The translations under genes were made by a program, and so were the position numbers. DNA of 59,367 nt from Catajapyx aquilonaris (Eukaryota): positions 1-59,367 of the forward strand of contig KZ538605.1 of NCBI GenBank assembly GCA_000934665.2, in the 5' to 3' direction. The notes beneath the pieces are model-generated. The model had not been told where the DNA came from. It worked only from the letters and a program-made list of their open reading frames with translations, and made no database searches. Positions 34,423 to 47,479 of the stretch are shown here, piece by piece; position 1 is the first letter of the stretch; every line of letters begins with the position of its first letter.

Positions 34423-37400
34423 ATGCGGAGCATACTGGTGCTGCTGATGCTGGTGGGGCAGCTGATATGCTCCCCGCCACCGAGACCCACCCCGTCGCCC
34501 CAACCAGCATCTGTGGTGGTACAGCAGCACGCAAGTTCTTCAGATACAGCTAAATTGGAGGTGGTTACTAAACTGGAGACCAACCAGGACGGGGTCTATA
34601 AGTCTTCCACGCTGGAGATATACGGTACCTTCTCTGGAGCAGGAGCTAAACTGTCCGCTGAAGGAACCATGATCCAGGTCTGTGTCAAGGCTGGCAAAAT
34701 ATAACCTCAACAAACATATCGATCCAAACCCACCCCTAACCATCCATCAGGATGAAGTGGACAGACTGGGAAGTCATTTCTAAAAGCCAGCTCGTTTATA
34801 GCCAACTGAATTGAAAAGGATCGATTTTTTTTCCATCTGTATTGTTCATCGAGATGAACAATACGGATGGAAAAATCAGGAGATCCTGATTTTTCCATCC
34901 GACTTTTCATTTTGAGTAACAATCATACGGCCGTATGATTGTTACTCAAAATGAAAAGTCAATTCTGTTCATTAAAAAAAAAATAATTACATTCCTATAT
35001 GTATGTAAGTTTTTTTTATATAAATGAACGCAGTACCACCGACACCAATTTGGTACACACTGGTACAGTACGCATTTATTCACATATGTAATAATAACAC
35101 ACCCAACATTTAGAGTGAAGATAGAGGTCAAGTGGGGCTTATCAACAGATAGTGTCCTTTGGCGGGATGCCGTTGAACCCGCCTTTGAGCCGCCCGAATT
35201 AATTGACCAGGTCAAGTCCAGCTGCTAGGCTTTGCAGGTGATCATAACATATGTTTGATAGCACGAGGTCAAAGGCACATGACTTTAATTGCTGAAGGAT
35301 CACCGTAATCCCTAGAGTTTTTGATAGCGGCATCGTTTCATGGTCATCATGTTAAAAAACCTGTGTTTGACCTTCGATTAAAAATGTGTCACGTGCGTTA
35401 GCTATTTGCATAGCGGTTTTTTAAAATCAGATCCAGCTTATCTGCGGGTGACTAAAGGGTGTTTTCTAGATGTGATGGTTAGGCCATATGTTGGGATGCT
35501 TTTGATTAGAGCCGCTTGCATTTTTATCAGGATGGCGGCTTGTTTTGTACCTGTCAACCTTGTTTACTATTGCTGGAGTTTGATCCCTGATAGATTTGCC
35601 ATTCATCCCGATGGGCTAAATTGCACTAGGAAGGTTATCGTCGTGGTTATAAGTATGTAGTGAACCGTGTTTTTTTTACGGTTGGATTGTTGACTTTCAT
35701 TTCCGGGGGGGGGGGGGGNATGTCAACTGTGTCAAAAGTTCTATTTGAAGCGACCATTCTTCGCACTCAAACCGGATACAATCTAGAATTTCGGATAGGA
35801 CCAGATCACAAAGTCTGGTAATAATCCACAAAGTTTCCCTAGAGCTGCCCCCGAAACAATGGTTGGATCCCCCAGAACAATGGGTATTAAATGCTAATGG
35901 TTGGGGTTGGGCCATGGAGCGAAATGTGGTCCTCGACAGTTATTCAACTTTTGGCTGTCATAAAGAGTGGCAAATATAGTCTTCAAAACAAAGTAAACAT
36001 AATTTCCGGGGTAGTGACCAGAAATTCTTTAAGAGGGGGGATTGGGCGGGGAGGAGGGGGGTGTTATCTGGCCACAATAGAGTTCGCTAATCTTTTACGG
36101 CAAGCCAAATATTGATAGAAGAGCCGGTAATGGTTTTATGGTTAAGTGGGAATGATTTTACAATGTTGACGAACTTGGAGTGGAGATGATGGATGGACTT
36201 GGTACCGCGCCTTTTTGGGGGAGTTGATGGGGACACTTTTTTGGGGCAGGGTGTAACATGTACGCGGTTCACATATGATGTCGCTCTACAATTTTATTAA
36301 ATAATTTATTTATATATGGAAATACAGTCTTTACTTAAATATTATTATAGTTATTTTAATATTAATGTAATTGTTATTGGAATGAATATTTTGGCTAATT
36401 AAATTGTTGGGTTGTTCGAATCTTTTTTTTTTTTGCTCGGGTGTGTACAGTGTGTACGGGTCAGTACAATGGTGCACGTGCGATGGCGCCAAGGAGGCGC
36501 CGGGGCAAGTTGGCTGCCATTTGATTTAGTGCACGAGGAAGAGGCGGCGCCACTTCTTTTTCCACCTTTCTCTTTGCCGACGCCATAAAACTCTGTCCTT
36601 TCTGCCAAACCTCACAACACACTCTCCCTTTTGCCGCTTTCTGCCTGCCTTTTGATCCATCTCCACTACGGATCTTAAAACATCTCGAGAATTGAAAGTG
36701 ATCTTGCATCACATGCCGACCATTGTATGGGGCAGACGGTCCGTTACTAAAATGCATACAAAGAAAAATTGGTGCCAATGGCCCCATGGATGCCACCATG
36801 TTGTGGTCTGATCCGCCCGGAACAGCAACATGGTGGCAGCGGACCGAATTCGGCCGGAACGCATTTTAAATTAAATGATATTTTAAAAATAAATATGCTG
36901 AATCGTTCTACACAACCAAGCATAGCCGGATAGGCATACGAATGAGGTCGGAACCGTCTGATTGGAAGGCGAGGCAACTAAGGCCACGACCCATGGCGGT
37001 TCCAGCCTTATGACTCTAACTGTTGTGAAATCCGTTTGTCTCAGGCCAGCCGTGATAAATGTGCGAGGAAAAAGCCAGTGATGAGTAATCCAGAGGCAGA
37101 TTTGGGAGTACGGAATCCCAACACACACCCATGAGGTGAATGTACCCCACCCACACTCCTTGACATGTGTGTGTGTTCATTCGTATTCAGAGAATGAACG
37201 CTCTGTTTCATTCTATACCATAAGGTCACTTTCAGGGTGGGGTCAGAAGGTTACTAAACTTTAGGTAAATTAACGAGTAGGAATTGTGCCCAAGATTTTT
37301 AACTAAGATTTTGAGACCATGGGGCGGGCTCGGGGCCAACCTAGGTTTAAAAGTGGCCTATGAGGACTTGTCGGATGAATGGAAACACTCTTGCAAACCA

Positions 37401-40400
37401 GACAGCTCGCTCTATTTTCATTTTTATCACCTCTTTGTGCTTACCCGCCTCCTAATTACGATTATGTCCACGTGACGTATTTTTTATGTCAAAAAATATT
37501 AAGGTGTTGCATGCAAATGAGAGTGAGAGTGCGATTTCTTTTGAGAGCGTGTTAATGTCCCGTTGGTGAGTGGCCTAGTTCCCTCTTTTTTTAAAAAAGT
37601 ACAGCAAGCCTATCTAAAAATAAGATTTAAAAAAAAACTAGAGAGTGGGGCCTAAGTGGTGAGATGGCTACGCCCCTTCTTATTTTCTGTTTTCTTTTGT
37701 TTTTTTTTGTTTGTTTGTTGCTTCAAAGAGATTCCCAGCTGGTTCGAAGTTTAGGACCGCACGACATGAATCCAGGCGTAAATGCTTTTTGGGTCTGGCT
37801 TTGTTTTTTTATTTGTAGAGGTTCTTTTCTTTAAGAGAGATTCCTGTGGTTGTATGTTAGAAGGATTGGAAGAGAGCCATATGCTTATGCACGCACGTAC
37901 CGCGAGCATTTATTCTGGTTTGTGGGCATCACTCGGTATGTGACAAGTATATCTTTATTGCAGCTTCATCCATTTGTGTTCTGCAACAAGTTCGTGGACC
38001 ACTCTAAATACAACTTCGGCTGGGTTGGAGTGGTCAAGCTGGAAGACCCTTCCATCGATGCCAAGCAGTGTCTTCCGCTCTTTGGAAAGGTAAATATTTG
38101 TTTGAAAATTTTTTGTTCACAAGATGGGGCTAATTGCGAGTTGGATGTTTCGCCAAGAGATGGTGGGATGCTGGGGGCTGACCTGGGTGGAGACTACAAG
38201 TTGTATAACAGTCCCGAGATGAGGCTAGTTTAATAAATAGGGGGTTTGACAACATGTGTGACCTACTGTCAGACTTCATAAAGAATCTGTCGAAAAATAT
38301 TTTATAGTGCTCCAGGTCGCATATATTGTACAGTATATGCTCTGTGAACTTTCAGTGTACCCAGTACTAACTATTAATGCTCTACAAATGGTATTCGTAA
38401 GTCGTGGCCTATTTTGGCCAGTATGTAAACACAACCGATGTTTGCATGGTCCGTGTGCGAAGCTTCTGACAAATCCGCCCAAATCCCTGAGGCGGAGAGC
38501 ACCCATGGTGTTTTTTTTTTTTACAGAAAAGGAGGAATCCTAGTGCGTGAGCCAAGCTTTTTAGTGTGCCAAGCGCACACCTCACAGTCGTCCCAAATAT
38601 ATTTTGATTCAACAGCAAGCCTCTGATTGTGCAGGGAAAACTAAAAGGCTCGACGTCAAGGGCATCGATTTTTGGAAGAGAAGGTCCTCACAACGGCAAC
38701 TGCGCCATCAGGTCCATAGGACGTCATGGGACGGGACCATCCCAAACCTGGTACCCCCTCCTACCCCCTACCGCATTTCGCACAGTTCTGACCACCCTGA
38801 GGGAACAATTCTTCTATGGCCTCCACCGACCCAATTATGTTAACAAGACGGGGGGGTCCTCCAGAATATATAAGAAAGAATCGATATGGATTGTGGGTCC
38901 TAACCTTGGACCAATCAGGGGGCTGTTCTGAAACTAAAAATATTGCAGATTTTTTTAGCACTATTGCTGAAATTAATTTTAAAAATAAACTAATTGGCAC
39001 TGCATGTTTCTGAGTTGGAACTGGTCTCGATGGCGATCTCAGGGTTGTAGAATGGGTGCCCATATTTGGAAGGTCCTGTGAATCCAATATGCAGTCTTGA
39101 CGCATCGACTTCCGTATATAGCGCTATGCAGCAGGAGATGGAGTCTCGGCTGATAAGGGATGTGGGTCAAAAAATAAAAGGGGGCTCCCAATATATCTCA
39201 AATGCATGTTATGGACTGTTATTGCTTGACTAGTCATATAAAACGACGTAAAACTGGCCCTAAGATAAGATGGGAAGGAAATCAGTAGGTGGCGCACGCT
39301 GCTGATTCCGAAATTCCGCGGTACATGACGGAGGCTGTTAGGATTTTGCATACAATTTGCACACATTAAATGTATATTGCACTGGCAATAATAGGTGCAC
39401 ATGTTGGGCAGGCATTTTTAATAAGAAGGCGGAACCTAATCCGGCTCAACGTTGATACTGTAATCTGCTGAGCTTACAGTTACATTATCTGACAGTAGGA
39501 TCTGGGGTAAAACTAATGTGAAAGGAAGCGAAAAGCCTCTTAGTACTTAATATTGATTAAGCTGGGCTTATTTTAAAAGTTGGAAGGCCCTGGGTTTCAT
39601 TAAAAGTATGGAAATAAGGGTGCAGACATATATGCAGTAATGTGCTGTCATGTACAGTTAAATCATTTTTTGTGTTGTTCATCCAGACGTGTTGATTAAG
39701 TGTGTGTAGACCTGCTTATGACGACATGAATGTTGATCCTGCAATATTTTCATTTCTGGCCAAGAAAAATGAGCATGTGGGCGTCAACATACACGCTTGT
39801 TGCTAGAAGTGGAACATGCTTGTTCGACATGTATCACATTATTTCATTCTTTACATTATTTTAAAATATATTTAAGGGGCATGAAGTGCTTGATCAGACA
39901 CCTACAAAACTAATAAGGGTGAAAGTCGCATGCAATGCCCTGCACTAATTCCGAATGAGTCAGGCGGGATTAATGCAAGGCAATGCATGCGACTTTCACC
40001 CTTACTGGTTTTGAAGATATGGTGTTCCTCCTTGGGACGGCTACCATGCTAGTAGTTTCAACACAATATTTCCTTACTATGGCCAAATGTTCCCCACAAG
40101 TCGCAACAAGACACCCGTCTCCTCCCCTAGAAAATAGAGACAGCATATCGTCTGATCATCATTCTGAGAAGTCCTGAGAGAGAAAAAGGGACTTCTTCTC
40201 TTCCATCAAGCAAACCTTCCTTGGGACTAAATTAGTTTCCCTTTGCAGGGGCGGCTCGTTTGAGTCCTCCGCAGTACCCTCCCCTTTCAAGACGACTATT
40301 GTCGGCAGTCTTTATCATGGCGTATAGCCGCATGTCTCGGATTCCACACGCACTCTTCCGCTACTGACTCACTAGAAGACTAGACCATTGCTCCCAATTT

Positions 40401-43400
40401 TTTACTTTATGGATGAGACATGACTTTGTGTTTTTCAATATCATTTTAAAAAATTTTCATTCAAATTAACAATTCGATTATTTGATTGCATTTTTGGTGC
40501 CAAAAAGGTGCCGACAAAGAGAGGCTTTGCTAAGAGACAGGGTGGGGAGGGGGGGGGGGGGGNNNNNNNNNGGGGGGGGGGGGGGGGGGGGGGGGTGGGC
40601 TAAATCTGGGCCTTCCTCCTTTTGCTGCCGGATTTAGCTGCAGGCCTCCGGTGGCGATGACAGGTGCCCACGAGACCTAACTTCCTCTAGTCGTCTCCAA
40701 GTGCCATCTGTTTGGCCTTGTCGCCTCGGGGCAGAGGATGGGTGGGGGTGGCCTGAGGGGGGGGGGGAGACGACCCCACCCAACACTTCTGAAGTCTGTG
40801 CCGCCAATTTCCACATGACAGCCTCAGGCTATGGGAAGACTGCAAACACTTTTTTTTTTTTGTAAATAGGACTGAGGAGGTCACGAACATTTCGCCGAAT
40901 TTAAATGCAATTGCGCCGAATTCAATTGCGCCGATTTTTTTTTCGGCCGAAATTTCTTGCATGGTGGAAGAGGCCAAAAGACGAGTTTGAGCCCCATTTT
41001 TCGTGAGTTGGCCCTATGCCCGACAGCTGGTCTCTTGTGGAAAAACGGGAAGAGACGGATTCCGGATCCACTTTCAGTTAGTGGAAGCGAAAATAAAAAG
41101 AGGAAGCTAAGGTTTTTATGAGGGAAGCTCCCCGACACTCGTGGTAAAACCGGGCCTCGAAGAAATAAGTGTCCGTAATAATATTTGGGCCATTCCCGTT
41201 GAAGCAAGTTACTGTTCGTTACAATGGGGTTGGAAGATGAGGGGAGGGTATGCAAAACCTAATGTTTGGACACCTGCTTCCGCCGCTCATATGTTTTCAG
41301 GGGGGCTCTAAGAATAGGCTACCTTACTGATGGACCGTATCCAGAGAGGAAATTAACTCGCGAAACTTTGCAAAATGTGGCGGAAATGATATCCTGGAGG
41401 TTACATTAGCAAGGGGTCAAAAGCGGGCAAACTTTGCGAAGTGTGTGGCCTGAATAAATAGGGACGTCTGTTTGTGGTATGGCCTCGAAAATGTAACAGT
41501 GTTTGTGTGCTTTCATTCGCAAGTTTCGTGATTAGGTCGTTAGCGAAATGTGAATTGTGCATAAAAAAGATGCGGGAGGCTACTGGGAAAGTTCTTGTGA
41601 AATACTGTTAGATGGCGGAACTGTATTCCACTGATGCAGTATCATAACTGGGTTTTTGAATTTGCTTTCAAACTAAATTGGTGTCGTATTTTGGGGACTG
41701 AGAAGGGTTGACACACATAGGGTAATGCAGCCAATTTATGGAAATCTCATACAATATATTAATCAAATATCGTTGTTGTTGAACCGCAGCATATGACATT
41801 GGTCATTATGCCGCATCATGCGATACGTATGAACCACCCAATATTGATTCCGAGTTTTGTTGTAAATCCAGTTGGCACACTTTGAATGCAGACACTAGAA
41901 CATTTAGTTGAAACCACCGTGGCTCTACCTAGCTGCTAAAACCGTTTTAAATATTAAAACCTTAGGGGTGGAATAAACCCCAGGTCTTTTCCCTCCCTAT
42001 GTAACCTGGCAATCCTCCTGACACGCTAAATGTTGAATCTTGCGAATGGTTACCTGGGCATGGGGGGGCTGTCACATGCTTGGAGCCTTCTGGGCGACAT
42101 TAGTCATCACTAAGTTATGATCTTGTTTGTGGAAGGGGAGAGCCTAGCTAGTTCTTGGTAAAAGGAGCCGAAGAGTAAGGACTCTGAGGGAGATAACTAG
42201 TCAAATAATAGGGGTCCTTGCTATCATTTTCCTGGCCGACCAATTAAGGAGGCGCCACCCTTATCACGATGGTCGGGACATATTTTTTCCATTTGGGTAA
42301 AAGCAATGTCCGGATGTGTCACATGGCATCTGGGATATATTTTGGGACACTTTTATTAGTATGTAGATATGCAATAATAACGGCTATTGTTGGGGGTGTT
42401 TCAGGCAAATCGAGCTATCCAAAGAGGCGCCACAGCCGTGGTCTTTGATGTCACCGACAACATTCCAGCGGCCAAGGAAGTAAGTCAAGTGCTCCACTTT
42501 TGCTTCTTTACCTCGTTACGAGCACGTCACTCAAACTCCATCAAAAGCAGAGGTTATTTTGCATAATATTGCGGACAACCCGAGTTCATTTCCTGGTCAC
42601 ATGCCCCCCATAATAGGAATTTTAAAAAATGTATGATATTAAAATCATATCCATACTTGTATTAGTTGTATAAGACCTGTGATTGGTCCGCCGATTTTGG
42701 CCGGCGTTCCGCGCATGCGCAATGGCATGAGTAACTCAGTCGCAATCTGGATGGCGGCGAGTACACATCGTTCTCTCCCGTGTGATACAGTAATATGTCT
42801 TTGAATTTGCCATATTTGGAATCTGTATTCGTGACCCCCCTTTTGCTGCATCATATTAGAGGCAAGGCCATCAGGAACTCGATGTTGAATCGATAACCAC
42901 TTTTTTGGGGGTCCAATTCAATCGGGACCATCGACTCATCAGCTGTTCCGCATGTGGGCCAAGATGCTGCAGTCAGGTCCGGCATCTGGACCCGTTTTTG
43001 CTAATTAGAATATCAAAGGAGCCGGAATTTCGGATAAGGACCCGGCGGGGGCGGCAGGAAATTAAAACTCGAAAGAGTTTTTTTTTAAAGAGCGGAAGTA
43101 CGGTTTTTGTGCCAGTTTTTTTTATTTTATTTAAATGAGACCGTCTTGATGTTGGCGAATTACAAAGGAGGAAGATGGGAGTGTGCAAAAAGAGCTGAGG
43201 TGTATTGTGGGCCAGTGGAAAAGAAAGAAGGGGATTGGCGCCAGGCGGCTTCTTTTGAAGGGTCCTCTACCCGCTTTTTTTGGATTTTTTTTTTAGGGAG
43301 GTTCCTCTCGGTGCTCGGGGCCTTTAAAAGACGCAGGAAAACAAGGAGGGATCTATCTCCTCTTTGGAACACTTGTGCCCCCCCCCCCCCATATACTTCT

Positions 43401-46336
43401 CCACGCCTATGCTTTTGTAACTGCAGGATGTACCCCTCCTACCGACAAGGAGCATTAGCTGTGTCTACAGAAGCGGTACATCTTAGGTTACAGATCCATG
43501 TGAGATAGGCAGGTTAGCTGTGGGGAGGACCCCGGAGCATCAGGGATAAATAATTACAATATAGAGCAAATGTGTACGGGAGTTTAACGATGGCTCTACA
43601 TAGCGGATATCATATAAACATAGTCCGCTCCAATGAGAGTATGGTATACAGTAGCAGACATTTATATGAGCGGGACATCAGTCATTTTTTGCTCTCCATG
43701 CATGTACTGATGATGATTGTTCTTGCAGCTGCTAAACCGGAAGCTGGAGCACCCTGTGGTGGACCGGCCCATCATAGTGATTCATGGGGAGCAGGCGCAG
43801 AAGTTGGCAGATGTAATTAGGACTGATCAGCCGGCGCATGTTAGGATCGTCTTCTTCTTTGATAAGGAGGATGGTGGCACGCAGCCTGATAGGGAGTATG
43901 TGGATGTAGGAATCTTCACGGCTGTCTTTGCCCTCATGTTCCTCACGTCGCTGCTTTTCATTCTCAAAATCAAGAGAGGAAGGAGGTCCAAGCAGGTGGG
44001 TTTGAAGATGGTTAGGAAAAATTCTTCATAAATGTATGACATGGAATATGGTATAAGTTTATGGAGATATTTAAAAACAATTGATCAAAAAGAAGACCTT
44101 ATCATACGGTAAATTGGAAATTGGGTGATGTTTTTCTATTTCTGTGGCATAAAGAATTGATTATTTGCATAATTATGATAAAATTAGTTTTATACACTGG
44201 AGAAGTATCGCATAGATAAATGTATGGTGCTGTTACATGTTCAGAGGCTAACAGCTTGAATTTTACAGAATTCAGTGTACCAGACCACAAAGAGCAGCAT
44301 ATCCAAGTTGGAGATCCGGAGGTATAGACCGTCAGCCATGTCCAGGCAGTCTGTGACAAGCAATGACTCTGAGGGCGAGAGCTGTGCAATATGCCTGGAG
44401 GAGTACCGGTCTGGGCAGGAGCTACGTGTGCTACCATGCAAGCATGAGTTCCACAAGTCTTGTGTTGACCCGTGGCTGCTCAGCAACCGGACCTGTCCAC
44501 TCTGCCTCTACAATATTGTGGGTAAGACCAATTTATAATGGAATGATCCTTTCTCATTTGTGATGTATCAGTATTTTCTAGAATTTGAGATGACATTTTA
44601 AAATGAATCATAGACTGCACTGGAGGTAACTTACCCACTGGGTAACTATCGAGGAAACATATCTAAAATATTAAAAGGAAACAACAACTTGCCACATAGG
44701 TAAGTTATTTCCTGTGTTCAGCCTAGGGCTGCGAGTGGGCAACTAACATTTGAATCATTGTTGCACTTGGTGTTTCTGGAGGATACACCACAGATAGGAA
44801 AGGACAAAGATGGCAATCTAATTAAAACTGACTCTAGTAACCAAGCTTTGATGCGTTCCCCTTGATTTTGTCTTATGTTAGAGGGGAAGAGAGAGACAGA
44901 TGTGCCGCCTTGCACCAGTTCGTCGGGTCAGGTTCGAGATCAACCCCTGATGACTGAGCTGCAACCAGAGGTGCTCTTCCAGGGGGCAGGGATGGGGTCG
45001 ATGGGGTCACCACTGCCCCCGTCTCTGCCCCCAGCAAACTACATTTATGCTCCTCAGTCAATCAGGAGGCAACAGCATCCCCCACCTTATTATGCAGAGC
45101 AGCCGTTTTGGAGTCCTACAGTTGGAAGCTATCCTAGAAGGTATGGATAATAATATTTCTGACATAATTGGAATTGCAGTGCATGTTGTTAGAAAATTCC
45201 AAGAGAGACATGCAGGAATATCATCTAGAAAAATACTTCCTAACTGAAAACAGCACTTGTTACAGGATACCATGGCGCCGCTCGCATTACTACCCCGCAC
45301 AACAACAGCAGCAGTCAAGCAGCAGTAGTAGCGAAGATGTTGGCTTTACACAGCGGGTGGTGTCTGTACAATGTGAGGCCCCTGCAGTTCCTTCGGATGT
45401 GAGCAATCGTGGCACCTGTGGCTCCAGCTCGGACACATTCCACACTGACCTAAACTCCAGCTTTGAGGCTGGCCGGCATCTGGCCAGTCTTCGCCCACCT
45501 CCATACTCCTATTGGAGTGACTCAGAGCTGCCTGCGGTACATCTTCGCCCGTCATTTGCACGGCAACTGAGTTGCTCATCTGAGGCAGCCTCTGATGATG
45601 TGGCTTCCAGGACAGCTACCAGGGCAGACTCAAGCTCATTAGGAGCACTCTCAGACTCGCCTTTAGCAACAAACAAACGGAGGCTGGCACCCCTGTCATC
45701 CCACTTGGATGGATACAGCACTGACGTGTCATCCAATGGGCAGAGCTGGAGGGTAGATTCATCCAGTGGGGAGGCAGTGGGGCCGAGTGACTTGGAGGAG
45801 AATCTTAGGGGGTCGCAGGGAATGTTCAGGGTCAAAGGAGGTCAAGGAGTGGCCGGGTTGGGGTTGGGTAGGACTATGAGTTGTGCACATGTGGGACACA
45901 ATCCTGGCCGACATGTGGGACACCATGTGGTGGGTGGCCACAGAACTAAGTTTGCGGCAGGGAGGAGTCGAAGGGCAAAGTCACCTCTGGCAATGCCTAC
46001 CAGGTCGACATTGGTGCACACTGACACTAGAGGTCAGTACACTGGTTAATTATGCCATGCATGTATGTGAGGAAAGAGTAGGCAAAGGGCAATGCAAAAC
46101 GCGAACATGTCATTTGGTTTCCAAAATAAGTTTGGTTCAGATCAAGAATACACAGGCTTTTGGATCATTGCTTGATTACTCCGCACCTACTTCTTCTTGT
46201 GTCCATACATGGCAGCTATAACTAGCTTATCCATCATAGCTTTGTGATGAATGATTTTTCATTTCTCTTTTCAGGACATGTTATGACTGTGTCAGTGGAA
46301 GGGTGCAACCAATTTCAAGAACTGGCTCTAGTCTGA
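34423..46336 (+). CDS. ZNRF3: ZNRF3/RNF43-type PA-TM-RING E3 ubiquitin ligase, about 687 aa
   Basis: Exons 34423-34677, 37964-38089, 42405-42479, 43729-43995, 44269-44521, 44882-45140, 45266-46032, 46275-46336 (or read-through to stop at 46049). Signal peptide, PA domain ([35 protein letters not shown]), TM, RING-H2 ([36 protein letters not shown]), Ser-rich tail. Confidence 0.88.
34823..34960. repeat. Cluster of three adjacent/overlapping palindromes
   Basis: A 34828-34875 (23-bp arms, one mismatch, GA loop). B 34864-34901 (18-bp perfect arms, GA loop). C 34901-34960 (perfect 60-bp palindrome, no loop). Confidence 0.9.
39905..40013. mobile_element. Hairpin MITE family A, copy 3 (internal part only)
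   Basis: AAGGGTGAAAGTCGCATGCA..TGCATGCGACTTTCACCCTT core shared with 21740 and 33460. Confidence 0.75.
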
Positions 46337-47362
46337 AAAAAAAGTCAGTCTGAAGTCTAATCCCCGTTAACCGAACATGTCAAGTATCAGGGGTGCCAAC
46401 TGATCACCAGTTTTAAATGGGCCGCTTAAGCATTGCAAAACACAGGTGGTAGGAACCAAAAACTCTGTAGTTATCGGTCCCTGGTGGATCATTAACCCTC
46501 GTCAATGTTGTTAGTGAACATAATACTGACCCTTAATTCAGAGTTGAAAATATCGATTAAATGCATTTGCTTCAAGCTGCCCAGACTAGCTTAGGATGAA
46601 ATTGGCATAGGCTGAAGCATTTTAACGAAAGGAACATGATTAGTTGGCGTTCCCAACACATCGCAATCAAAGTCGGAGGTCCAAAGATTCACATGTGGGA
46701 GATTATAGCAGTGCGAACGAAGATATTTTTGTCCCAAGAAAAGTATATATATCAGAAGAGAAATAGTTTAAAAACCCAATCATTTTGCTCTACTTTATGC
46801 AGTCACATATTACAAGTACATCTCCGCATATCGACTTGGATTCTTGCTGAGAAAACAAGACTTTATAATGATCTAGTCTACCTCACAGGTTGGGAAGATG
46901 CAGGATTTTCTCTCTTTCTCTCAATCCCTCTCTTTAAACAAAGTGGTGCTTGGTTTTGAAAAGTAGTGGACAGAAAAAAAATTAAGAGTGTGCATGTGGT
47001 CTAAGGTTTATTTAAGTCTCCCCTCCCATTGTTAATTAGTAGTCGGCAATAAGTTATGCAAGAAAGCGTGAGTGCCTTGTGGAGCGAGTGAGTTTATTTA
47101 AATGGAAGTGTCCCACTGGTTTTTTAACAATGCAGTATGCTACTTTTTTGTTCAGGGTCAAAGGCATAGAAGAATATTTTTGACAATAATAGATCAGGAG
47201 ACAATATCACATTTTGCGAAAATAATAAGAAAGAAATCCTGATCTTCCAGAAGGTTTGAAAAAATGGCTGCAAAAAAAGTGCCAAACCCATGATGGACGA
47301 GTTTATTTATTACTCATCTTTAACTGTTACATGCATTTTTTAAATGGCTGTTTCTCTCCTCA

Positions 47363-47384
47363 GTGTGTGTGTGTGTGTGTGTGT
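47363..47384. repeat. (GT)n microsatellite
   Basis: GT dinucleotide run. Confidence 0.85.
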
Positions 47385-47479
47385 ATTGACTCTCGGTGCT
47401 CATGTTTTTTTTTTATTTAAAAAAATGACAAAACAAACACGTAGGTCAATAAATTATAAGCAGCAGCATTTCTGGATCA

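Noticed and set aside
40540..40600. Long G tracts as G-quadruplex elements
   Set aside because: They contain N gaps (also 1272-1287 and single Ns elsewhere), so lengths are assembly-uncertain.
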